A stretch of 64,000 bases of DNA from Octopus sinensis (GCF_006345805.1 NC_043012.1:39618001-39682000), one strand, 5' to 3'. Positions 12,258 to 27,891 are shown, counted from the first letter of the stretch. Notes: generated by a model from the sequence alone, not told the origin. Made by a program: numbers and translations.

Positions 12258-13009
12258 AAATACTGTTTGCGATCATTTCACTATATCTACGTGGATGGCA
12301 CTTATATAAAACAATGATATACTGTTTTCCCTCAAGCCAAGATATCGAAAACAAAGCTATTCCAGCCATGAAAATCCCGCTTTTTGTATCTTTCTGTGTA
12401 ATTTTTGTTTTAAGACAGCAGGGTGTGTTTTGAAACAGCCAATCATATTTGCTTTGATGAAGAAGAGCAGATACGGTAGTTTTGGTTGTCATAAAGAAAT
12501 GTCATAAATAAATTAATAAGAGAGTTGAAAAAGAAATTCCACTGACTTAGGTTTGCAATATTTTTCATTCTACCTCACAGCTCCTTATCCCTTTTGATAC
12601 CACCACCCTGGAAAATGCCCTCTGTTCTACGATACAAACTCTCTATAAAATGATCCATCAAAATGTCATGGTATGTTCCAAACCCCAGCTTGATAATGAC
12701 AACATTATTTTACTAAATTCGTCATTAATATCAAAATTAATTGAAGTAATGACAGGAATATGGTTACAAAGGGATTAAATGCGTATCAAATGGATTTACT
12801 AACGAATGCTGAAGAAACACATATCTTATAAGCCTAAATTAGGCATGATACGAAAACAGTCTCGAATCATTTTACTTGGAATTCAAGAAGAGGCATTTCA
12901 TTCTGAAGTCACTATTGCATTCATACTGCACGTAGAAGAAAAGTTTGGCAGGTTCCCATCTCGTCATCGAAACCAAAACTATTTCGCTGTGCATCACCAT
13001 TTATCATCT

Positions 13010-13260
13010 TCGGTTAGTGAATGGAATCCAATCCTATGTCCCCTCTCAGGTTGTCAATAAATCTTAGACGACGATATCTCCCACGTTGCCGGTATAATTC
13101 AACGTGCCACAGAGAACAGATTTTGAGGCTGCTTTTTCCTGGTGCTACATGGAATGACCTGATATACGAAGACGCCATTCTCTAATACTGTGGGTCACTT
13201 TTAGAGGGTCTATCGAGAGAGGCTCGCTGGTTATATGCTGCTGCCATTTGTAGAAAGAAT
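13010..13260 (-). mobile_element. Decayed RTE-X-like LINE ORF2 C-terminus
   Basis: Minus frames: WQQHIT; LKVTHSIREWRLRISGHSM*HQEKAASKSVL; RLRFIDNLRGDIGL. Matches RRLRFAGHC.RH...ASKL.LW...RGRP.L.F.D.L..D.GL. Confidence 0.75.
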
Positions 13261-13529
13261 ATTGTGTTTGCAGACTACAAATAACAAATACGAAGTTATC
13301 AGTGGGTTAATTCGAATAGATGTTTCCGAAAACATTAGACACTGAAAATGACTTCCATTTGAATTTGATAAATAAAACAATCTTTGTTTAATAACAAACT
13401 GTAAAAGGGAGTAGAGAGAGTTACATGCTGTATCTCTTCTTATCTTAGGAACAGGAGTCGACTTTGCTTATAATCAACTGAATTTGTCACACAGCTACAG
13501 TCTGAATGTGATGTGATTTCAGTTCCAAG

Positions 13530-13587
<58 letters not shown>

Positions 13588-13785
13588 ATATATGTCTGAC
13601 GAAATGATGGGGATAAATGGCTGTTTAGATATATTGATAAATAAAGTAACACATTAATAGGTAAATATAAGGAATGTTAAATGGTTCCACAGATGGGGGG
13701 AGTTAGAGGCGGTGGGTAGAATAAATTCTCAGATTCCGATATTGTTAAAGACAGTTATATGGGTAACTAAGCTGGCTGATTAATA

Positions 13786-13816
<31 letters not shown>

Positions 13817-13859
13817 GTATAGTGATACATGTTCTCTCTCTGTCTCTCTCTCATACACA

Positions 13860-14250
13860 CACATATATATTTATATACATACATATATATATAGATATAT
13901 GTATAGATATATGTATATATATATAGATATATGTATATATATAGATATATGTATATATATAGATATATGTATATATATATATATATATATAGATATATGT
14001 ATATATATATATATATATACATATATCTATATATATATACATATATATTTATATACATACATACATATATATATATAGATATATGTATAGATATAGTATA
14101 TATATATGTATATATGTATAGATATATGTATATATATATAGATATATGTATATATATAGATATATGTATATATATATATATATATAGATATATGTATATA
14201 TATATAGATATATGTATATATATATATAGATATATGTATATATATATATG
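13860..14250. repeat. (TA)n-derived minisatellite, unit about tagatatatgtatatatata
   Basis: gatatatg interrupts the TA run periodically, roughly every 20 bp. Confidence 0.9.
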
Positions 14251-14529
14251 AAGAAACACATACATAACAAAGCTAGACAGACAGGGACATGGCACAATAC
14301 AGAAATAGACATGAATAGCAATATAAAACTTCATAGGAGTCTTAGTGAAATCCATACCCATCGCTCCCGCCGCCACCACCACCCGACAGTCAAAAAAAAA
14401 TTACATAAAATCAAAAGTATTCAATTTAATGTATTTTTTCTGTATCTTCCTTTATTGTCACCCCAAACTATACATAATCCTTTTTATCTCGGTAATAAAA
14501 AAATAAACGAGAACAAAATGATACATATT

Positions 14530-14569
<40 letters not shown>

Positions 14570-14910
14570 AACACACACACACACTCGCACAAAAAAGTAT
14601 CTATATTCAGTGTTCATTTTGTGATATGGTTTCCTCTTTCAAAAAAAAATCTGATATATTTTGCTAGAATTATATTTTTTAACAGAATACCGACTGAAAG
14701 TATTCAATGAAGGATAGTTTTTTTTTTATATGTGTATATATATATATATGTATCTATATTTTTTTATATCAACTGGTGAATATGCTATATTATTAAACAC
14801 CCATTTTCTGAACCTGTGTACTATGTATGTTTTTCTGGTGAAATTGTGCACATATATATAGAGGAATATATATATATCTGTGTGTACGTAGGTGTGTACA
14901 TCCATGTATT

Positions 14911-14956
<46 letters not shown>

Positions 14957-15679
14957 GCATGTAAGTATATAGTATATATATGTATGTATATATGTATATA
15001 TATGTATGTATATATGTACATATTCTGGGAGTTGTATGTATGTGTGTACACATACATCTTCGTGTATATAAATAATTGTTCATGATGCATATGTGTATAC
15101 ATGTCTTAGTGTGTGTAAACGTGTTGTGCGTTCGTACTTCACGGGGCATACACACTGCAAAGACGTATATATATCCCCAAATAGATTTATGACTCTGTGG
15201 ATGTAAGTATATATATATATATATGTGTGTGTGGTGTGTGTGTGTGTGTGTGTGTGTATACGAGTAAATACGTGCATGTACGTGTGGCTGTTTCAGTTAT
15301 ATGGAGCACCAATCGGAGATTGAAGTAATTTTAGGAATATCACAAGAAAGGTTGTTTGCTGACGTCGTCGTTGTCGTTGTTGTTGTTAGAGCTTCATTGT
15401 GAAGCATATCCTATAAACATACGACTAACACATGTAAAGACGAAATATGCACACACACACATAATTACACAACATGTGTATAAACTGATCATTCACCAAG
15501 AGATAAAAAAAAACATGTAAATGATTGACTAACTGCAAGATATACTCATAGATGTACGTACACACATACACACAAGTATTGTATATGCATATACAGTGTG
15601 TACATATATATAAAGTTTGTTAACATATGTTTATAGATTGATACATATATATTGTTGGTGAATGTTTTTGTAGATGAGA

Positions 15680-15757
15680 TATATATATATATATATAATA
15701 TAATATATAGATATATACATAATATATACATATGTATATATATATATATATATTACA

Positions 15758-15819
<62 letters not shown>

Positions 15820-15952
15820 TATATACATATGTATATATACATATATATATACATATGTATATATATATATATATATTACATATATATATATATATATATA
15901 TACATATATATATAAAAACAATATATGTAATATATATATATATACATCTATA

Positions 15953-16019
<67 letters not shown>

Positions 16020-16041
16020 CTATATATATATACATATGTAT

Positions 16042-16084
<43 letters not shown>

Positions 16085-16280
16085 ATAGGTATTACATATA
16101 CATATATATATCATATATGTATATACATTACATATAATATATACATATATGTATATACATTACATATATTATACATATATGTATATACTAACAATATATA
16201 TATGTATATATGTATATATATATAATATACATATAATATTATATATATATATATACTGCATATATATATATATATATACA
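15680..16280. repeat. Long interrupted (TA)n tract
   Basis: Directly visible; source of the YI-repeat ORFs. Confidence 0.95.
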
Positions 16281-16910
16281 GAGAGAGAGAGAGAAAGAGA
16301 GAGAGGAAATAGAAGGAATCAGAGTGAAGACAGAGAGGGTACGGTGCTAAGTGTTGAATGAATCTTCATCAATGTACAAGGAGTGTGTTGTTAAATTGCC
16401 ATCAGTTTCACAAGAAGAAACCAGCAGAAATAAGATAACGGAAACCGACCAAAATAAAGAACAAGCCCCCACCTCTACAACCTCTCTCACTCACATTCCC
16501 CTCGCTACACCAACGGCAGGACGACAATTCTTTAGAAATCTTGCCATACATATCTGCATATTAAGTTTGTCTGTGTATCGATATAAACGTATTTGTCTGT
16601 GCATGGATATTGTGTATGCTTGTTAGTCGGTACATTCCTTTATAAGAATGGATCATATATATTTATATATTATATAATATTATAATATATATATATACAT
16701 ACATATGGTGTGGTGTGTGTGTGCATTATAATAGCTATTTGTATGTATATGAGATTTTTGTGTGTATTTATGAATGCTTATACTTATATATGTGCATGTA
16801 TGTATATATACATATATTTGTAATGTTTGTAACTACAATTTTCTATATATAAATATGTGTGCATTCATGTACGTGTGAGTATGTTGTGTCGATGTATTTA
16901 TGTGTGTGCG

Positions 16911-16950
<40 letters not shown>

Positions 16951-17099
16951 GATGGGTGGATTTGAGAAATATACAGCGTAAAATATAAAAAGTTTAAGAG
17001 AATATCAGACAGGAAAAAGAAAGAAAGACAGACACTGAGGGAGAGAGATCAAGCTGAGAAACGGAGAGAAACACATTGAAGCAGAAAGAGAGAGAGAGA

Positions 17100-17154
<55 letters not shown>

Positions 17155-17334
17155 CGTGTGTTGGGTTTGTGGAAAGCTGGAAGGCTACAAGTTATTATAA
17201 CATGTTATAAATTTTAATGATTTCTCTGCAGTGAAAGGCTCCAGACATATCGACCGATTGTTGCTCTTTTGACATTTTGCTTAAGTAAATGCAAATGCAG
17301 ATGACTAAATTTTAATCTTTTTAATATGCCAAAT

Positions 17335-17379
<45 letters not shown>

Positions 17380-17524
17380 AAGAGAGAGAATGAAAGAGAG
17401 GCAAATCTATAAAAGCAATGCCAGGACATGATATCAGTGCAGGAATTCTGTAACTATTTTATATTAACATTTCATATTTCCTCTCCTCAATTGATGATAT
17501 CAATTTTCATTTCCTTGACCTCTT

Positions 17525-18000
<476 letters not shown>

Positions 18001-19832
18001 GCACGCACGCACGTTCTTCGCTTCATGAATGACAAAGTACTCGTTACACGTTGTGGAGTACAGTTATTTCATGTACTCGTCTGGTGACATCTCCGTCGTC
18101 ACTTGTGCTTTCAGTTTATTCATGTTTCGACTGCCAACGAAGAATATTCTATTTTGGAAAATCTAAAATTATCGAAGACGGCGCCACAATTTTCGCATTC
18201 ATTGGTTATCCCAGGTCACTTGATTCCTTTCCAAAAATTTTATGGGAGAACTTCATGTTGCGGGAGATAATTCATAGCGCGTACATTGTATTGTTATTTA
18301 TCAGTCGAAATCACTTATAGACATTTTCTTTGACCTTAAAGCTGAAATAACCACCTTTTACTGACATTTTTTTTTTTTTACTTTTTAAGAAATATTAAAT
18401 TCTATTTTATTTTCAGTTTTATTCTCTCTCTAATTCAAATGTAACTAATATAGCTGTATTTCTAGTTTGCATTTTTTTCCTATGTAATAGGCAGAAAATG
18501 CTGTTTTTCTCCAATGCAGGATGATAGCGGATATCGTTTGTCTTTTGAATTTTGAGCTATGCATAAATTGCGCTGGCTACAAAATCTGTAATACTTATTC
18601 ATTTCTCGGCGATGTTTCACTTTGTGTGTATTTGGGGCTGTTTATTTCGTCTGCTTTCGCTGTATTATTTCCGCTACAGTAATTCAATAAGTGGATATGC
18701 TGAATATATCAGGTTCTGATGGTCTTATATACAGAATGTGTGTGTGTGTGATCGTTCCGAAATTATCGCTTCTCTATAGCGTCATAGTCGTAGTTCAACA
18801 GTTATTTCTCTTAAGAAAGTATTTCATTGTATATCTATAGCCGCATCAGGTTTGTAATGCTTGAGGAATTTAGGAAGTCGGTAAGATTTGGAGAGCCGAT
18901 ATGATGCAAACAACACTAGCTGAATTTTATTGACTTAATATTAAATATTTTGTTGTTTTCTGTTAAGAGAACTGTTTACATTTCAGAGTCACGAAGTAAC
19001 TATGTTTCAACAACTAAATACATCATATGGATATATTGCATTGTAATAATTTCCTGTTTGTTTTATTTATTAGGGGTTGTATTTCACTTTGTTATTGGAA
19101 ACACTGTTGTCGAGGCAGAGGCAGTTTTATGTATTTCCGAATTTCATTATGTACACAATATTAACCAGTATACTTCATGATAAGTTTTATAATTGTTAGC
19201 ATAGGATTTCAGCCCTAACTGAAGTATATTATTTGCTCGTTTGATTTTCAGTATATCTGCCTGGACTGAGCAATGTCATAATGTAAAAATTTACTACTTT
19301 GCGTTTGAGATTACTGTGAAATCTACGTTGAAAACCTTAATGCGGCTTCTGAAACTGTCTCTGCCGTATCTATTTATATTATGAGCAAGGTATGGTCAGT
19401 CCTTTGTATCTGTATAGGTTTAGATTATACATATCATTATATATTTTTGTGTGTGTCTTATATTCAAACAACCTGTATCTGACGTTTCAAATTCATTTAA
19501 GCGTTTCTACTGCTCATCGAAATAGTCAATCGGCTGCTGTAGTGTTTTTTTGAAATCTAACGATTGAAGTAAAAGTCTTTTAGAAATTATATAATATTGT
19601 ACAGTATTGGACTGAATCAGTTTTTAATTACATTTATTTCCAATGTTGTTAAAATAATGTTGCGCCTATATTTGTTCCACTGTATTAAGCTTGCTATAAA
19701 GTTAAGAGTTAACGGACGTCACGGCGTTTACAAAATCTGCCTGGCTCAGTTGAGTTGACTTAATGTGTCAATGTGTCTACATTTCAACTTTGCTCTCATT
19801 GTAGATATTCACGTTAAACATTTTGTGTGTGG

Positions 19833-19983
19833 AGTCTTTACGTTCTGAGTTCAAATTCTGCTGACTTTGCCTTTCATCCTTTCGGGGGTCGATAAATTAA
19901 GTACCAGTTGCGTACTGGGGTCGATCTGATCGACTGGCCTTTTCCCCAAAATTTCGGGCCTTCTGCCTAGAGGAGAAAAAATA
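19833..19983 (+). mobile_element. SINE family B, 5'-truncated young copy
   Basis: tttacgttctgagttcaaattc...ctttgcctttcatcctttcgggggtcgataaattaagtaccagttgcgtactggggtcgatc. Confidence 0.85.
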
Positions 19984-20156
19984 TCACATCTCACAGTCTA
20001 ATGAAGATGATTAGATTTTGCTCCATATTTCTATTTCTACATATATTATTACTGCAGGGTTCCAGGATTTGAAGTGTAAGGTCCATGCGAAAAGCCATTA
20101 GAAGGCCGTACCGGGTCCTAATATGTTTTACAAATGTCACTTCAGTTCTCCCTCTT

Positions 20157-20201
<45 letters not shown>

Positions 20202-20231
20202 TACACACACACATACACACACACACACAGA

Positions 20232-20284
<53 letters not shown>

Positions 20285-20292
20285 GTGTGTAA

Positions 20293-21176
20293 ATGTAAAA
20301 AAATACAAACTGGGACAAGAACGTGAAACATTTAGAAGACGATGCAAAAAACACGGACGGGACATTCGAAGCCTTCAATCTTCAGTCAAGAACCGGATCA
20401 TCTTCGCAATTTCGGCTGATTAATCTTGAGATTGCTCCGATCTGGCCAGCCCCAAAGCAAAATCTAAACCTAGCGCATAAGATTCCTTGGAAGAAAGCCT
20501 CGAATGTATACAAAACAAGGACGGAAAAACGGACGATGTTACACGAATAAAAATACAAAAATACGTAAAAACAATAATGGTAATAATAATAACAACAAAA
20601 ACAGGACGTCTCAGACAAGCGTCTTTTCGACAGGACGAGTAAATTTTTGAGCTGGCGTTAGAAGAAAGCCTTAGGGCTACAGAGAGGCAAAAAAGTGTAT
20701 CTTGCCGCAACGGCTGCTGGCCACGAAGAGGCCAGCAATCGGTGGCTAGTCACGTGAGGGAAAGAGAGAGGAAAAGAGGGAAAGATGAAGAGAGAAAGAA
20801 GGGGAACAAGGAACAAAGGAGGAGGAGAAAAGAGAGAGAGAGAAAGAGACAGATCAAGTGGAGTGCAAAGTGTGAAAGGCAGAGAAATGTAGGAGAGGGG
20901 GGAGAGAGACAGTGTTGTAGAGCCGTACCATGTGTTAAAGAATATATACTTACGTATAGGATCAAAAAGGGTACGTCCTCGCTTCTATATATATGTAAAA
21001 AAATACAAAATGGGACAAGAACGTGAAACATTTAGAAGACGATACAAAAAACACGGACGGAACATTCGAAGCCTTCAATCTTCAGTCAAGAACCGGATCA
21101 TCTTCGCAATTTCGGCTGATTAATCTTGAGATTGCTCCGATCTGGCCAGCCCCAAAGGAAAATCTAAGCCAAGCGC

Positions 21177-21178
<2 letters not shown>
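20293..21178. mobile_element. Non-autonomous element with 186-bp direct repeats 700 bp apart (Penelope pseudo-LTR-like tandem or TRIM)
   Basis: 20293-20478 and 20993-21178 differ at 6 positions. (TA)n on both sides. A short reverse fragment occurs near 45995-46040. Confidence 0.6.
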
Positions 21179-21241
<63 letters not shown>

Positions 21242-21320
21242 GTTAAGCCGATTAACCGATTAATTGCATTAGATTTTCTAAATATGTCAATTTTTGAAAA
21301 TTCTTCATTTTTTTTAGCTT

Positions 21321-21487
21321 AATAATCTTTTCCACTCTAGGCACAAGGCACGAAATTTTGGGCGAGGGGACTTGTCGATTAGATCAACCCCAGTACGCAA
21401 CTGGTACTTAATTTATCGACCCCGAAAGGATGAAATCAAAATCGACCGAGGCGGAATTTGAACTCGGAACGTAACGGCAGACGAAAG
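21321..21487 (-). mobile_element. SINE family B
   Basis: cccagtacgcaactggtacttaatttatcgaccccgaaaggatgaaa...ggcggaatttgaactcggaacgtaac. Confidence 0.85.
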
Positions 21488-21979
21488 GATGTGTGTCTTC
21501 ATCCACGCGTAGCAAGTCTAGGTAACATGGTAGTCATTTGATTTTTGTTCTTTTAATGATACTGCAATTTTTTGATGTAACTACATTTATTGAAAATCTG
21601 ATGTAAGTAAGCATTATAGTAGATGCGATATTTTATCTTTTAACCGTTTTAGTTCTAGTCCATGCTAAGGCCCCGCCATTGGTTTTGCTACAATTTTATT
21701 TAGCCACTTTTTATAGTCAATATCTGGTGATTGAGAGAGTCTGATGTTGCCACCCTCATTTGAGTTTTTTGTGGCAAAGGTGATTCATCCGGGACAAATA
21801 GTAGTAGTAAGGATCCAGTTTTGTTTTCAAGACATCTGCATTGACTCCATGTGGGCCTCTCGGGTCTTTTGGAAGGATATTGTGACCCCTTGAATCCCAA
21901 GTCGTTGGAGTATCTATTCAGTATTTTGATTGTAAGGGTGGAATCTTTGATATTCTGTATGTATGCCTACACACACAAC

Positions 21980-22039
<60 letters not shown>

Positions 22040-22459
22040 CGAACTTAAATGAAAGAATCAAATTATATTTATATAAATATAACATTAACCCAAACCCAAA
22101 TAACTGCGTTTCTACATTTGTATATACGCTTTATATAGCGTTTGTCTGCATATTCAGGACATCAATATTTCGTTAAACACATCCAATCTACTGCACGTAG
22201 ATCGTTGTGAGTAGGTCTAAGTCCTTTTTAGGCAACAATAGCGTTTGCGTATCAATTTTTCTGTTGTACGTGGTCACCTCGGCCCCTTAAATAGAAATCA
22301 ACAACATGGCTGGAATAGAGAAGTATGATTATTAATGTTTATTACATATTATACATGTCTGTCCACTCAATTCAATGCATTGAGTTCTGCAGTAAATAAT
22401 GTCTGATATAAAGTAACGTATTTTTATAACTTCATAGCTCTTCACTTCACAATAAACCC

Positions 22460-22920
<461 letters not shown>

Positions 22921-23361
22921 ATCGAGATGAAATATTTAGCCATCTTCTGTAGCTCATATCTATACTGTGTTGTGCAACACAATGAAGACATATCCATCAA
23001 CAGGTTAGTAGTTCGCTGAAGCAGTAAATTTGCATTTGCTTCACACTGCTTTTCTCATTGAATTTATTGTAGCAAAGGAAATATTTATTTATTGGTGTAC
23101 GTCTGTGTATATGTAGCCATTATTAGAATCTGTGTGTGTGGTGATGCTATTTGCGGGTGTAGTTCTTTTGAGTACAGAAGTATGTATGTACGGCTACGTG
23201 TCTACGCTTCCTAGGATCCCTGCCCGGTGAGAAAACTAGCAATGACAGTCAGCCACGACGCTTCCCAATAGACACATTAAAATAGGTTACACCATAAACG
23301 CTGCGTATTAGGTTCTCTCCTTCTCTCTTAGTTTGGTGTGTCTAGTACACCGCAAGTACAC

Positions 23362-23399
<38 letters not shown>

Positions 23400-23598
23400 G
23401 TATAGATATATTGTGTGTGTGTGTAAACTATGTATGTATAATATGTAGAGAAAAGTACACAAGAGAGTGCTTTTATGTCGGATTAAACTGTGTGTTCGTA
23501 ATTCACGACACATGATTGTATGTGTGTGTATACACATGTTTAATGTATGCGCACAAACACTCACACACATATGTACATACATACACACACACACACAC

Positions 23599-23650
<52 letters not shown>

Positions 23651-24259
23651 ATGTGTGAATGTGTTCATCTATATGTGTATGTGTATATATGAACATATAT
23701 ATGTATATTTATGCACGCACACATATATGTATATATGTGCAGAGGCATATATATATATATATAAAGTTGTATGTCTGTGTTTATAGCTGTATGTGTACGT
23801 CTACACATCTATGCAAACTACCAGCATAACATGTTTGTGCTCAAGCGGCATTAAGAACCTGGCGCGGCTTTTAATCAGGGTCCTTTTGATGCGGTGTTAA
23901 TAAATGTTCAAACAGTAAAGTTTGCATAACGTTTGTGTTCTTTGAAGATTTCCCAGAAGGCAACATTTTAGCGATCAACCAACACAGCGTCCAGTTTCTA
24001 ACAATAGTAACAAGACATAAACTGTTCTACTTGAAGAGTTTTAAATATCTATATGGTTTAGTTAGGTTCTGTTTGTGTGTGTGTGTGTATACACACACAT
24101 AGATATGTACGTGAGGGAGACATAAATCAAACATATATACACATATGTCTACATACATATAAACGTGCGTAAGTACGCACGCACACACACACAAACACAT
24201 ATTGCTACGTATTTTTTTTGTCTTTTATTGTTTTTTTATAACTCAGACGATATTGAAGA

Positions 24260-24460
24260 AAAATCGTTAGCGTGTCGAAAAACATTCCCTGCGGCACCTG
24301 TTCCGGCATTTTGCGTTCTGAGTTCAAATCTCGTTGTGGTCAACATTTCTGCTTCATCTCTCTGGAGGTCAATAGAAATGCCAGTCCATTACTTGGGTCG
24401 ATGTAAGCGACGACCCTCGCTTTGAAATTGTTTGCCTTGTGTCAAAAATTTTAAACAATT
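24260..24460 (+). mobile_element. SINE family B, strongly diverged
   Basis: aatcgttagcgtg...ttgcgttctgagttcaaatc...cttgggtcgatgtaagcgac...gccttgtgtc. Confidence 0.5.
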
Positions 24461-24961
24461 ACCATTATTTTTCTTTTGCTGTGTTCTGAAGATAATCACC
24501 AGTAAATAAGAGAAAGTCGGGTCATTTTTTTTTTGACATTCTCTGTTTCGCATCGGAGATTTGTAAACAGCATGGCAGCAACAACAAAATATACCTCCAT
24601 AACTATAAATGAAAAAACAGTCAACAAACAAAATTTTAAAAAAAGATGTACTTGCATAGCAAGTGACCTAATCTGAGATCGTGTGCTGAAACAAAGTGTG
24701 GAAGGTGTTTATAAGCTATTTAAAAACACACAAAAACCGTTAGATTCACTTCAACATTTAAATTTAATTTGCCAAAATATTTTCGTCGCTTTGAGACCTC
24801 GACCTGTTCACTGAATTTTGTCCCGCTGAAATTGTTTTGTGTGTGTGTGTGGTGTGTGTGTATGTGTGTGTGTGTGTGTGTGGTGTGTGTGTGTGTGTTT
24901 GTGTGTCTATATATATATATATTATATATATATATATATATAGACACACACACACACAATA

Positions 24962-25123
24962 TTTTGCTTGCTTCAGTCATTATACCAGGGCTATGCTGGA
25001 GCACCGCCTTGATGAGAATTTAGTCAAACAAATCGATTTATTTTGCCGAACCGCTAAATTACAGGAACGTTAACACACCAATTGACAAGCGGTAGTGGGG
25101 GGGGGCAAGTAAGGACATAAAGG

Positions 25124-25154
<31 letters not shown>

Positions 25155-25300
25155 GTATATGCTACACGCTTCTTTCATTTTCCACGCGTACCAAATCTAC
25201 TCGGCCAGAGGCTATAGTAGAAGACACTTTCCCAAGTTGACTTGCAGTGGGATTGGACCCGGGACCATGCGATTAGGAAATAAGCTTCTTATCACACATA
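24962..25300 (-). mobile_element. SINE family A
   Basis: atgctggagcaccgcc...ttttgccgaaccgctaa...gaggctatagtagaagacact...gcagtgggattggacccggg. Confidence 0.75.
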
Positions 25301-25625
25301 TGTTCAATATTATCCGGTTATCTGAGTAACAAACTTCATAACATGCATTTAAAAGCTTCGATACTGTTATCTGTTACCATCTGGAGTTCTTAGGTTTGTT
25401 GCTTTTAAAGCCGAGTCTTGAAAGCAGCCTACCTGATGAAGTACCGGCAAACGGCTGCTACTGGATCATATTCATTTACGTAAATATTTAGAAAATAATT
25501 TATGTAACGGTATGAGACCGAAAACTTAGCAACTCGCAACTGTTGCCACCCTATTTAAAGCTTGTATTTAAGGCCTGTTTAATCCATCTTCTTGTATAAA
25601 TTTACATATGTATATATATGTAGAT

Positions 25626-26300
25626 ATACTAGCAGCTAAGCCCGTTTTGACCCGGTTGGTTTGGATGATGCGGCTGTAAAACCTGCTCTGTATAACCATT
25701 CGACTTGTTTGGGCACGTGTACGTTAAAAAACAATTTCAGAATGAATTTTTTCTGTCAAAACGCTAATAATAACTGATCAACAAAAAAAAAAATCAACCA
25801 AAATTCAACCAAATCAATAAACAAACCCAAATACTAAGCGAACAAAGATGAACCATCCCCCTGCCATGCGCACGTGCACACACACATACACACACGCATT
25901 CACATACCCTCCTTTTACATATACACAAATTTACATAGAGTTGAAACGCTGTTTGATTTATTCTTTCAGCTTACAATTTTCATCATACCACTACCAAATA
26001 CGGCATTACCAATTCCTTCCTTATTCATCTATCACCCCTCCCTTTCTCATTCATAAACACAAGAGTATTATTATAGCAGATTATCTCGGTAAGCTATGGA
26101 AAAATACAAAGCCCAGCAACACCACCGGATCATTCTGCACATCTGCGTAATTCCACCCAGCCGTTTGACCGTGAATACCAAGACAAGAAAGAATCGCCCA
26201 TGTCAAATTTATATGTATAGACATATGAGAGAGAGAGAGAGAGTGTGTGTGTGGAGGGGGGGTCGCTTGTCTGTATGTACGCAAATAACGTATATCTATA
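25626..26300 (+). mobile_element. HINE-like element (candidate; right end uncertain)
   Basis: Starts atactagcagctaagcccgttttgacccgg, the same terminal pattern as 36036. Confidence 0.35.
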
Positions 26301-26791
26301 AAGTACATACATAAGTTTATATTTTCATACCGTGTGTGTATGTGCGTGATTATCTAGTTGCTGGTTTATCGGGTTTCACGATAATTATCGATGGGGTGGG
26401 CGTGGCAGAAGTGCCCTTCATCAGTTTTCCTATACATTAATAATCCATTTACATGATGTAACACCGACCGCCACGACCCCGCCCCTGTTTTTAAAATATT
26501 TCCTTTGTATATTGTCTTGCTTCTGTCCATAATTTGGACTCTTTGATTCGAAAAAATGACACCATCATCATCATCATCATCATGATGCTTGTTTGACAGA
26601 ATCTTTAGAGCTTTGCTCAAACTGTTTTGCGGTATTTTGTTCTTGTTCTTTACATTGTGAGTTCATCCATCTGAGTTCAATAAAAGAGAATACCAGAGGG
26701 GATTTCATCCACTAAGGTCCCATTCTCCGAAGTTCTAGGACTGTTGAAAACAACTTTATTATTATTATTAGTAGTAGTAGTATAATTATTA

Positions 26792-26867
<76 letters not shown>

Positions 26868-26868
26868 A

Positions 26869-27099
26869 GGCGACGAGAAAGCAGAATCGTTAGTACGCTG
26901 GGTGAAATGCTTAGCGGTATTTCGTCTGCCGTTACGTTCTGAGTTCTAATTCCGCCGAATTCGACTTTGCCTTTCAGCCTTTCGGGGTCGATTAAATAAG
27001 TACCAGTTACGCACTGGGGTGGATATAATCGACTTAATCCGTTTGTCTGTCCTTGTTTCTCCCTGCTGTGTTTAGCCCCTTGTGGGTAGTAAAGAAATA
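26869..27099 (+). mobile_element. SINE family B, full length (left arm of palindrome)
   Basis: ggcgacgagaaagcagaatcgttag...gccccttgtgggtagtaaagaaata. Confidence 0.9.
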
Positions 27100-27333
27100 C
27101 CTATTTTTTTACTGCACACAAGGGGCTAAACAAAGAGGGGACAAACAAGGACAGACACACGGATTAAGTCGATTATATCGACCACAGTGCGTAACTGGTA
27201 CTTATTTAATCGACCCCGAAAGGATGAAAGGCAAAGTCGACCTCGGCGGAATTTTGAACTCAGAACGTAAAGGCAGACGAAATACCGCTAAGAATCTCGC
27301 CCGGCGTGCTAACGATTCTGCCAGCTTGTCGCC
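27100..27333 (-). mobile_element. SINE family B, full length (right arm of palindrome)
   Basis: cctatttttttactgcacacaaggggc...gctaacgattctgccagcttgtcgcc, reverse complement of 26869-27099. Confidence 0.9.
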
Positions 27334-27659
27334 TGAAGAAACCATCTATATCATCATCCGCTGTTGTTTACCACTTGTTCGATTTGATTTACTCTTTTTT
27401 TTTATGTCTATATATTTATTATTTTTTGTCTTTTACATCCATTTCTTTGCTTTATTGTTTACTTTTGTTCAAATGGCAGTTACTGACATGGCGAACAATT
27501 CCGAACATCTGTCACGAGAAATTACTAAGACTAGGTTCTAAGTTTGGCATTTCTGTACCAAGTCTTTGTGCAAGTTGGATATTTTTTCTCTCATACTTTT
27601 TAATGTTGTTGTTGGCCTATTTTATGGTTTTTGTTTCTTGTTGTGTGTGTGTATGTGTC

Positions 27660-27711
<52 letters not shown>

Positions 27712-27891
27712 TGAGTCTGTGTGTGTGTGCGTGTTTGTAAGTTCTATGTACTAAAAGGTTATTCCTTTTGACATTATTGTGGGGGTAAAAGAAAAATTCC
27801 ATTTGTCACCAATGTAATGACATCAACAAGAGCAACAAATATCTAGCTAGCATCCCTATTATACCACACCCAGAAGGCATTAAAAACATCT

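Noticed and set aside
12806-13060. FGRFP..HRN motif reminiscent of DUF924
   Set aside because: It overlaps the antisense of an RTE-X fragment and lacks the rest of the domain.
18060-18165. CRAL-TRIO-like minus peptide [26 protein letters not shown]
   Set aside because: It lacks the conserved LP.EYGG ending, and no partner exons were found.
18108-18700. Plus-strand acceptors at about 18108 and 18525 as terminal exons
   Set aside because: No good donor links them in frame, the peptides are unrecognised, and no clear poly(A) signal follows.
20350-20410. Hammerhead ribozyme candidate (CTGAAGA...GAA on the minus strand)
   Set aside because: The core reads GAAT instead of GAAA, and no convincing stem I or III could be paired.
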